Positions 49,049 through 59,380 of a DNA stretch of 64,000 nt are shown one piece after another. The stretch's first letter is position 1, and every line of letters starts with the position of its first letter. Made by a program: the position numbers and the translations under genes. Source of the DNA: Chara braunii (lineage: Eukaryota; Plantae; Charophyceae); contig BFEA01000041.1 of the NCBI GenBank assembly GCA_003427395.1, positions 2,162,015 to 2,226,014 of the forward strand. The letters are read 5' to 3'. The notes below the pieces were generated by a model, which made no database searches, was not told where the DNA came from, and saw only the letters and a program-made list of their open reading frames with translations.

Positions 49049-49486
49049 AAGCCAAGGATTGTCGTTTCGTGGGCAGTGTGTGCAGTGAGTGTCAACCAGA
49101 CTGAGTTCGATTGGGACACTGCTCCAATCTTTTTCCTCCTTGGAGCGTGTGTGCAGTGTGTGTCAACCAGACTGAGTTCGGTCCTCGAAAACAGCGAGAC
49201 AGTCGTAGAATTACGCACAGTCGCACACACACACACACACANNNNNNNNNNNNNNNNNNNNNNNNNNNNNNNNNNNNNNNNNNNNNNNNNNNNNNNNNNN
49301 NNNNNNNNNNNNNNNNNNNNNNNNNNNNNNNNNNNNNNNNNNNNNNNNNNNNNNNNNNNNNNNNNNNNNNNNNNNNNNNNNNNNNNNNNNNNNNNNNNNN
49401 NNNNNNNNNNNNNNNNNNNNNNNNNNNNNNNNNNNNNNNNNNNNNNNNNNNNNNNNNNNNNNNNNNNNNNNNNNNNNNNNNNNNNN

Positions 49487-49538
<52 letters not shown>

Positions 49539-49903
49539 GAGTTGGGGAATTGGAGAGGAGTGAGACAGAATGGCGCCTTCGACTCCTTGGGAAGTCAGCC
49601 AAGTGGCGCGAAATGTTGTCGGCATGATAGGTACGTTCTCTACTTGCGTCATTTGCTCGAATGTTGCCATCACGATACTTTCACAATGCTGAACTCGATT
49701 TGCAAAGAAAAAGACGAAAAAACACTAGACAAAGGGCACTCATCTCTCCCCGTTTCCCAGCAGCTGAGGTGACGCTCCGTCGTTCCCCACCAATAGATGG
49801 AGCCCCTCCGTAGGTGTTACCGGTGTCTGCTCCTAGCAGCACCACTTGCACTACAGGAAGGGTTAAAAAACAAAAAACAAAAAATCTTTGTTTGTTCTCC
49901 TTT

Positions 49904-49989
<86 letters not shown>

Positions 49990-50865
49990 CTTCCGGAGGT
50001 CTGTCATGTGCGCAGCGACTGACGGAAGTCTGGAAACGGACTCAGCCTGGTCGTCATTTCTTTTAAAAATTAATTAATTAATAATATTATTATTATTTTT
50101 AACTGGTCGTCATTCAGAGTTGCTTTGCTTTTTGTTTTCTCTCCTTTATTTAATCCATTGTACCCCTTCGCCCCCTTCCCCTTTGTTTTACCATTGTACC
50201 CCTCTTATTTCCCTTTCTCCCATTTCCCCCCCCCTTGTCGTCCGTTTGTTTCCCTTTTTTTCCACCCTCTGTTTTTCACCTTTTTTCCCCCTTTTTTGAA
50301 CTTCTTTTCCTTTGTTTCCCCCTTTGTTTCCCCCTTTTTCGTGTGGAATTATTGCGATGGAGTCACCCCGGGGCGAGGTCACACTAGCAATGGGGATTGG
50401 ATTAAGATCCTGAATCTGGGCGTGCAGAGATGCATAAAGGAGTTCAATCTCGATTTGGTGCACCTTTCCACAAACAAGTCTAGATTCAGGTATTCAATCC
50501 AATCCTCTTTGCTAGTGGGACCTCGCCCCTGGGCGAGGTCAGTGGTCACACTAGCAAAGAGGATTGGATTGATCCGCCTGACTCTGGACGGTTTCTAAGC
50601 AGAGATGCAGAGCAGGAAATCAATCCTGAATCTCATCGACTTTGCTTGTGGGATCTGACCCCTGCTTTGCCTTCTCGGACCGTTTTTTTTTCTTTCTTCC
50701 TCCTTTGCCCAAGGGCCATGCTAATCTTACTTCTCTGTATCGTTCCAATTATAACGGATCTCCCGAAGGCCGTGGTTTGCCTGTTTTTCTCTTTCCCTTT
50801 TTGAGTTTGAATGATTAAATCTACTTTGACTCTTTTCTGTGAGCAGGAGAGATGTGGTGGTCCCG

Positions 50866-51261
50866 CCGTCACCAAATGTCACTCGCACCCACCGTCACCA
50901 AATGTCACTCTCACCCACCGTCACCAAATGTCACTCTCACCCACCGTCACCAATGTCACTCCCACCCACCGTCACCAAATGTCACTCTCACCCACCGACG
51001 TCCACCGTCACCAAATGTTACTCTCACTCACCGTCACCAAATGTCACTCTCACCCACCGTCACTCTCACCGTCACCAAATGTCACTCTCACCCACCGNNN
51101 NNNNNNNNNNNNNNNNNNNNNNNNNNNNNNNNNNNNNNNNNNNNNNNNNNNNGTCACTCTCACCCACCGTCACCAGATGTCACTCTCACTCACCGTCACC
51201 AAATGTCACTCTCACCGTCACCAAATGTCACTCTCACCCACCGTCACCAAATGTCACTCTC
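50866..51261. repeat. ~27-bp minisatellite CACCGTCACCAAATGTCACTCTCACCC
   Basis: About a dozen head-to-tail units around a small N gap. Confidence 0.95.
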
Positions 51262-51409
51262 GCTGTCACGAACATACAAGCGAAGCTGAGTAATGCTCTC
51301 AGTACCGGGTAGAATTGTGCGGTCGCCGGGGCCAAGTCTGACTACCTTCTTATTACCTTCGAGAATCGGACTTTTGGAAATAGCTCTTTTTTTTGGGAAA
51401 TAGAATGTA

Positions 51410-51916
51410 GCGTCAAATACTACGTATTCGAATACAACGTATGTATATTATATTCGAACTTTTGCAAGTTTGATTTTTCAAAAATAGTCAGAAAAATCCC
51501 GAAAAAAAAGAAAGTTGTACAACAATGCAATGCAAACAACTTTTTTTTTTTTTTTTTTTTAATAAATAACTTTTGCCTGAGGGTCTTGTCGAAATTCACG
51601 ACCAAGTCTAAGAAACAAATAAAGTCCAGGATAAAAATATTTTTTACGGCACGGACATTCTATTTACTGATTCTTTTCAGAATTTCGATTTAAAAAACAA
51701 ATCAAATAAAATCCGAAAAAAAACGGATGTTGTGCAAAATTTCAATGCAAACAACTTTTGCCTGAGGGTCTTGGTGAAATTCCCAACCAATTTCGAGATT
51801 AAAGAAAAAAAAGACAAAAACAATGACGGTACTGTTATGCCGTAAAAATTGTTATATAACGTACGTGAGTCGTATTCGAATACAACGTACCCCGTACGTT
51901 GTATTCGAATACACCG
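51410..51916. mobile_element. Probable MITE with GTATTCGAATAC palindromic subterminal repeats
   Basis: GTATTCGAATAC at 51424, 51872 and 51901; AT-rich core with two AACTTTTGCCTGAGGGTC motifs; termini not resolved. Confidence 0.5.
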
Positions 51917-52057
51917 TACCCGTTATTCCTCCGAATTGAACGCCGGGTATATTCGTTCTTTTCTAAGACCGGGCTCATAATACCGGCTAATACTATTCGG
52001 CTTTTTGTAAGACCGGGGTCATTACCGCCGTATCTAGACTGAAATCAGTGAAATGAT

Positions 52058-52141
52058 GTACCTTTCTCGGGCTTATGGCTAAAAATAAATAAAGTGTAGT
52101 ATCTGTTCTGATCCGTTTAATATCTGATCCGTGGCCCATCG
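52058..52141 (+). pseudogene. U2: U2 snRNA 5' fragment
   Basis: TACCTTTCTCGGGCTTATGGCTAA..AAGTGTAGTATCTGTTCTGATCCGTTTAATATCTGATCCGTGGCCCATCG followed by an A-run. Confidence 0.9.
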
Positions 52142-52255
52142 AGGGGAAAAAAAAAATTAAAATAAAATAAAAATTACGGGGCGTTCTATTCGGGGGAAGA
52201 CCGTAGTCTGAACTCTGTGTCATTACCGCAGTATGTAGACTGAAATGTGCATAAC

Positions 52256-52338
52256 ATACTCGGCCTTTTGGATAAGCAAGATCAAGTGTAGCATCTGTTC
52301 TGATCAGTTCAATTATATCTGATCCGTGGTCCATCGGG
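52256..52338 (+). pseudogene. U2: U2 snRNA 5' fragment (duplicate)
   Basis: CTCGGCCTTTTGGATAAG..ATCAAGTGTAGCATCTGTTCTGATCAGTT..ATATCTGATCCGTGGTCCATCGG followed by an A-run. Confidence 0.9.
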
Positions 52339-52729
52339 ATTAAAAAAAAAAACAGAAAAAAAAAAGACCGAAATGACCGGGCGCTCTATTCGGTGGAAAA
52401 CCGTAGTCAGAATTCCATTCCATTTCTATGGATTCAGAAGCGAGCAGGGTTTTTTTTTTTTTTTTTTTTTTTTTTTTGCGAGCAGTAATTTCGTCCTTCC
52501 GTTCTTTTTTTTTTTTTTTTTCTTTTTTTTTTTTTCCTGTTGGCAGTCGACAGTAGAACTGATCAAATTATGTCCTTCGTTAGTCTGTGAGGACCCCGGG
52601 GGCCAGGTCCCACTTGCAGCGTTGAGCTACCTCAACGCCAGAATCTGGACGCTTTTGCCACAGATGTGCAGAAATGGTGTTGAGTTTCCTGAACGCACCT
52701 CCCCGCGTTGACGTTGCTCAACGCTGCTA

Positions 52730-52834
52730 CAGTCTTCCCCCGAATACAACGTACGGTCATTATAGCTGAATTTAGTCCGAAAGACACACCAAATTCAGCT
52801 ATAATGACCTTACGTTGTATTCGGGGGAAGAGTG
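52730..52834. mobile_element. Tc1/pogo-like hairpin MITE nested in a Harbinger-like MITE
   Basis: ~44-bp arms CAGTCTTCCCCCGAATACAACGTA..., TA TSD (52728-29, 52835-36); relatives at ~53875-53976, ~7865-8040, ~32150-32290. Confidence 0.88.
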
Positions 52835-52999
52835 TAGTGGGACTTGGCCCCGGGCCCAAGTCCCACTGGTAGCATTGCTCTTGTTCCAGTAATGGGGACC
52901 TCCCCCTGTTGTGCGATACCCTCCTTGCCACGGCGGCACCGTCGATTTCCATGGATCGTAGGGCAAGGCATCATTGTCTTCATTTTCACGACGTTCACT

Positions 53000-53793
53000 T
53001 ATTGAGGCAGGCGGTGACCTCGGTGCTTCCCCATTGGCTGCACATGTTCACCTGTTTTTGTCTAAAGGGGACCGACCTTAGGTGGCCTGTAACAGGCTTG
53101 TGACAAACAGTGTCTCAAAATAGCACAGTTATTTTGGGTGAGAACCTCTTGGGTGCTCTGGCTGGCTAGGAGAGACCGAATCTTTTCTCAGAATCTGAGA
53201 AGGCCACCACCCTGGGCTCTATCTTCGCAGAATACAAGCATGCTATCAGACTAGACATCATGTCTGAGTGGGTCAAAATCAAGAAGCAAACAGGCTCGAC
53301 AGAATCTCCCAAGATTCGCTCCCAATCCAAGTGGGCTTCTCTACACTCTTGGGCCTACTTCGATGACAGGGGCAGGCTCAGGTACTCGGAGCTCTTGTGG
53401 GACCACCACCCACTCACAGACCTAGGTATTATGGATTCAGAAGGCAGCCCATCAGGCTGAGAAGGTCTGAGGTCCCTTCTGAGCTCGTAAGGGCACTGAG
53501 CAGCAGAACGCATAAGGCTATCAGAAAGCTAAAAAGGGAAGCCGGACCTGATTTTCTTCCTTCCGTCATATGCAGAGATGCTAGAATTACTAGAAGTATT
53601 TTCTTTTTTTCTTTCGGAGGGGACGCTGGACCTGGTTTCCAGCCAGTTTTTCTATGGCTTCTTCTGAGGACAATGGAGCTGCTTTCCAGTCGGATATCCA
53701 AGATAGGATGCTGGACCTGTATTTCAGCAATCGGGATTGAATTGTGAGGTCCCCGGCCTCTGTTCTTGTCCTTTTAATACCAACAAAAGTAGG

Positions 53794-53836
<43 letters not shown>
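53000..53836 (+). mobile_element. 5'-truncated LINE 3' end
   Basis: SWVLWLARRDRIF ORF2 C-terminal motif, first half of the tail motif twice (53620, 53705), poly(A) 53794-53836; 5' boundary approximate. Confidence 0.72.
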
Positions 53837-53838
<2 letters not shown>

Positions 53839-54358
53839 AACACGGGACTGGCGGTCGGCGGTACCCCTCTCAACTACTACCGAACATAACGCACCCTAAA
53901 AATGAATGTCTACAAGGTATATTTCCAGCCGGATAGAGCCAAAATAAGGGTGCGTTGTGTTCGGGGGAAAGACGGTAGTTTTCAGATACGGCGGTGATGA
54001 ACCAAAAACCAAAAAGGGAGAGGGCAAAGAAAAGGAAGAAAAAGTTTTGAGTAAAGTGGGTTGTGTGTGGTGTGTGGGAGAGTGTTGGCCATAACCTCTG
54101 CTGCTACTCGACGAGGGGTGGAGGACGATGAGAAAGGGAGGTGCAGCTGCTACTCGTAGAAGGTAGTGAAAGGTGAGAGAGAATTTGACAAAAAAAAAAA
54201 AAAAAAAAAGAGTAAATACCCCTTCCACGTGTAGAGGCGAGAGTTAGGGTAGCAAAACCCTGCAATGCCTGCATCACCAGATGGCCACGGCCTCAATGCT
54301 TTTAATAAGGATCCGAATTGAAAGGGGACAGTTTTTACTCAAAAAAAAAAAAAAAAAA

Positions 54359-54386
54359 CCGGTTAAAATTGGAACGATACAGAGAA
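54359..54386 (+). pseudogene. U6: Short internal U6 fragment
   Basis: GTTAAAATTGGAACGATACAGAGAA, 25 nt identical to the 8682 copy. Confidence 0.8.
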
Positions 54387-54691
54387 ATTTGATTCGCCGG
54401 GAGGTATATTGTATCTGACCACAATGCCGACAGAAGTGTGAGCCTGTGAGGGTTTTATTTCTTTTCTTTAAGTGCGATTCTGCGGCTGTGCTGCCAGATT
54501 GTCAGTGTTAGTTCCTCCAATGGGCAGCTCGGCGGAGTAGAGTCCGGTCCCTCGTTACGTCTGCTGAGGTCTGCATGAAACCGGAAAAATAGCTTGTGTA
54601 CATTCAGGGTGACTATGCGTTGCATTCGGGTTAGATGGTAGCATCAGTTCCCCCTACTAGTATTCTAGAGGAAGACAAACTGATGTGGCTA

Positions 54692-54754
<63 letters not shown>

Positions 54755-54755
54755 N

Positions 54756-54824
<69 letters not shown>

Positions 54825-55704
54825 ATGGCGACAAAAATACTTCAATTGAAAACGATCCATAGCACATGTCTGAAAAGAGCAAGACAAATAAAGAGAAAAA
54901 AAAAAAATCAAGACAAGCAAATCGAGACCCGGGGCCTCGGCCCACATGCAAGGTTTAGTAGCACAAAATGATACTGAGCGACACCACAGCAGGCGGGAGA
55001 ATCTTGTCTGCGCCGAGACGGCGAGGGTCCACTTATTTTTGCCTTCACACCAATGACTGGGAGTCTTTTGACGCCGTCCGTTCCACACAGCAGGAGGGCC
55101 ATCAACTACCATGACGGGTCTTCAAATTGCTACATCTGTTGAGTTGGGTAAATACCCCTGCCTCTTCACGTGTTACCGGAAGTCAGTGCTTCACACATTG
55201 GAGTAACCGATTCGCGTTAGGGTGTGAAATGTTTGTGGTTTGGCCCTCCGGGACCAGTTATTCGCATTTGCGGCGGTTCACAGCATTTATTGCATTGTTT
55301 CTCTGCAGAGGGGCATTCGCCGAATTAGGAGGGGAACGCAGGGGCCACTTGCACAGTCGCCACCTTTTGTTGGAAGACGGTCGGACTGTAGTGGGGGTAT
55401 GTTCTGACCACGAGTTATCGACATACCCTGCTAACTCATCATAATGCCCGCATTGCCCTCCGGCCGCAAACACAAATGGTAAAAAAAAAAAAGAAAAAAG
55501 AGAAAAAAAAAAGAAAAAAAAAGTGAACCCTCTTACCTTGGGGTTTCGGCACTGTGCTTACGGCTCCTTTGGGACAGCATGTCCGCAGAGCAATGGGGCA
55601 GATGCTGACAATTTGCGATATGCCCTCACGACTTCCGAAACATGGGTAATGACTCCCAAAGAATTCGCTGAGCTTCCAGGTGAGCTGTATTGTTAAACCG
55701 GCTG

Positions 55705-56418
55705 CATACACGCCTTCGGACATAACATTGAACTACACATCGCCTCGCCTACGGGCTACATACACGAAGTTTCCGCACATGATACACACATAGCCTTCGG
55801 ACATAACATAGAACTATACATGACTACGGGCTACGTACACATATGTATATAGCCTTCGGACATAACATAGTACTATATATCACTACGGGCTACATACACA
55901 TGTATATAGCCTTCGGACATAACATAGAACTACACATCGCCTATGGGCTACATACACAAGGCTGGGGGGGTCTAGTCACTGGGTAAGGGTCTAGTATCTG
56001 CAGTAGGTTCAGGTTGGTTGGATAGGGTGCCATTGGGTGCAGTTCCTACTGACATCCGGATAGAACTGACTGGTGGCCATATATTGGGACCTGTGGTAGA
56101 TTGTCTGGGCCTGGCGCCCGAAGTTCCCGTTCGACAAGGTTCGTCCGATTACACTTCCACCAGGGCTGGGCAGCTTATCAGCCCTGGTGCCTATCACTGC
56201 TGTTCGGTCCAAGTTGCCTACCCAATGGTAGGGCAATGCTCCTGAGTGCTGGTCACACTGAGGTAGGATGGTGGGATAGGGGGTGCGCTAGGAGTATTGA
56301 CGTGAGGATGGGATGGGAGGTGGTCTCATATTCCTGGACACCCATGGCTCACAGCTCCAAGTGATCACTGTGCACTCAGTGACTGGCCTCTACAACACCT
56401 TGGACTTAAAAAAAAAAA
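55705..56418 (+). repeat. Dispersed ~0.7-kb repeat, copy 2, with ~57-bp tandem units and an A tail
   Basis: Colinear with 16265-16935; ends in an A-run at 56408. Confidence 0.75.
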
Positions 56419-56519
56419 GATTTTCGGAACTGTGCTACCATTAGTTGGGTGGCTGTAGTTGTGGTACCATTGGTTGGGCAGCTGTAACTGTGCTACCCGT
56501 AGTTGAGTGGCTGAATTTA

Positions 56520-56884
56520 GAACAGCAATTTCGTCAAAACAGGCATTCTTTATTTTTTGAACGAAATCGAAACCAACTGAACTGGCCCGATTCAGCCCGG
56601 TTTAGGTCGAAATTTTGACGAAATTGAGGGTCCGATGTTCTTAAAAAGTCATACCCCCTGGACTAAAGCGAAGTCCAGATACATCTAGGGGGTCCGGCAT
56701 TTTATGGAGGGGGTCTGGCATTCTTAAAACGACGGACCCCCTGGCCTCCATCTAAGTCCAGATACATCCGGGGGGTTTGCCGGACGCTTAAAAGCTACAG
56801 ATTTTGACCTGAATGGGACCAATTTAGTCAGTTTCAATTTCATTCAAAAAATAAAAAATGTCCGTTTTGGCAAAATTGCTGTTC
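56520..56884. mobile_element. MITE with ~75-bp imperfect TIRs
   Basis: TA-GAACAGCAATTT..CAAAAC / GTTTTGGCAAAATTGCTGTTC-TA; superfamily not assigned. Confidence 0.75.
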
Positions 56885-57359
56885 TAGGGGTTTCACCGCA
56901 CGAGTCACCAAATCTGCAAAATGAGGAAGTATCTACTGCTAAAAGGTGGAAAGTTGTTTATTTTTATTTTTTATCTTTTTGGTAGTCAAACGAATAATGG
57001 TCTCTTCCAATTGACAATCATCACAACATACAATGTGAGTGTGAACCCGGGAGCAAGCCTCCACAAAGTAGTCGCCAACTCTCTCTCTCTCTCTCTCTCT
57101 TTTTTTTTTTTTTTTNTTTTTTTTTTNTTTTNTTTTTTTAAAGGGGCCCACTGCCCAGTGCCCAAGGCTGATATTACCAATAAGAGGAATGAGGCCGGGG
57201 TCCTCACAGTCTGCCCGGAGAAACTGAACCGAGCTTGCTGAGAATCAGGCTCAGCGTCCCTCATGTGGTGACTATGATGAAGATGATGATGATGATGATC
57301 CTGATGATGATGATGATACTACTGATAATGATGCTGATGGGGATAATAAATTGTATTGT

Positions 57360-58330
57360 CGTAAGCTATGCTATATCGACAAATCTGGTCTCCTAATCCT
57401 AGAACAACTTCTAGCTTTCCCTGTACCGGGACATTGTAAAACAGAGACAATACTAACCTAACCAATGCCACCCATAGCTGATCTCTCCTCGCCACCTAGC
57501 AGCCCCCTCCGGTTCGCCAGTGGATTGCCTTCCTCCCTCGGCAACCCCCAGATCTCTCTACAAGGTCTCACGCTCCTGCCTTTGCAGGTTACAGGGCAAC
57601 GCCCCAGCTCCGGCCAGCGTCGTTCTGGCGTCGGCAAAACAGGGGCACAGAAAAGAACAACTCTGCAGATATCGGTCCGGGTTCGACCATCCCTGAAATC
57701 CTATATCCCGGATGTGGGAGAAAACTCGATGCTGCCCAAAGATTCCAGAACACCAGAAAGCTTAACCTAACATTGATGAGATAATGATACTACTAATGAT
57801 GATGATATTGATGAAGATGATTATGTTTTTCTTGAGAATTCTAAAGAAATTGACTGCACCACCTTTATTAGATCTAAAAGATTGTGAATACTATGCTTTA
57901 TCAGCTATTCCGGCTTCCTAATCCGAGAGCAACTCCTAGCCCTCCCTGTACTGGGACACTACTACTCAAAGACAGTACCAACCAAAACAACATCAACCAT
58001 AGCTGACCTCTTCTCACCCCCGAGACTATCCCCGGCCCTAGAGGGTGTCAAGGCGCCCCCCCCAATTCGCCACTGGATTGCCTTCCTCCCTCGGCAAACC
58101 CCAGATCTCTCTACAAGGCCCCACGCTCCTGCCGAGGCACGTTACAGGGTAACACCCCAGCTCCGTTCAGCATCGTTCTGGCATCGGCAAGTTGAGAACA
58201 GAGAGAGACCAACCCTATTGATGTCAGTCCAGGTGCAACCATCTCTGAGGTCGAAGATCCTAATAAAAAAGAAGACCCGATGCTGCTCTAGCTCTCAGAA
58301 CCCCGGAAAGCTGAAAATAACATGAGCGGT
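57360..58330. repeat. Two diverged ~0.45-kb units separated by (GAT)n, related to 23340-24000
   Basis: Shared GGATTGCCTTCCTCCCTCGGCAA..CCCAGATCTCTCTACAAGG..GTTACAGGG..CGTTCTGGC. Confidence 0.75.
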
Positions 58331-59341
58331 CCAAGAAGCTTCCAATAGTCACCATGCAGAAAAAAATTCCCCCTACCCACCACCGCTGTCCCACGCTGCC
58401 ACCGCCGAGGAGATTCACCTCGGCCCCAACCTGGAACAGATCCCCTCCCTCCCCCCTCCGCCAAGGCAGCCAATTCCCACATAGAGGGTGCCTTCGCCCT
58501 CCCCTTTGTCCCTATCTGCCCCCGCCGGGGTTGAAGGCAACCAACTCTCCCACCCCGGCCCCAGACAAGGACGAACCACAAATCTGCCCCACCCCCGACA
58601 GAGCAGCCACCTCCCACCTTGCAGCGCCCCTGTAGAGTAAGGCTCCCCAACGCCCCCCCCACCCTTTCCCAAAAAATCGACACCGTGACCGCAGAAACCC
58701 TAACCAGACTAAAGCATTCCGATCAGATGAAGCAGTCAATTATCGTCGATGAGGATCTCATGACCCCCTAATAAAGGATTTGCTTGAAGATGATATTTCT
58801 AACGATGCTATAATTGATGAGAATAGTGATACGATGATAATTCTACAGATGATGGTAATAACGATGAAGGTATTAATGACTTTTGGAAGAGTGGGTGACC
58901 AAAAGCGGTACCCTAAGACTAATTTTTTTTAAAGATGGTATTAGTACTGATGATGATAGTGATGGCGAGGATAATACTTCAAATAATAGTGGTAACGATG
59001 ATGGTATTGATAGCGTTTGAATGGATGGGTAACTAGGAACAATACCCTAAAGATGGTATTCAATTTGGCGAACAAACTCACGTACAGATGGTATCGGGGA
59101 TGACCCACTCTCTCACATCTATTTTTAGACACTGATGAGTGGAAGCTTATGTCTTGAAGTGGGCACTATCCAGGCTTGGCAAGGGAAGAGTCAAAAGTAC
59201 TGGTGGCCCCTCCCATTCCAAGGCCCCTATCACATTCTTGGGGAGCCGCATGTGCTGGGAATGGGCCCCAGCATTCCTTTTACAAAACTCACACCGCCGT
59301 ATAGTGAACCCCACACGTGCTGGGAATCAAACCGAGAATCC

Positions 59342-59346
<5 letters not shown>

Positions 59347-59380
<34 letters not shown>

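Larger units (their letters stand above)
51919..52403 (+). mobile_element. Tc1/pogo-like MITE carrying a U2 fragment, with tandem duplication of its right part
   Basis: Left TA-CCCGTTATTCCTCCGAATTGAACGCC; right ends GGCG(T/C)TCTATTCGG(G/T)GGAA(G/A)ACCG-TA at 52203 and 52403. Confidence 0.7.

Noticed and set aside
50866-51261. CRISPR-like array
   Set aside because: Head-to-tail minisatellite without unique spacers; eukaryotic context, no cas genes.
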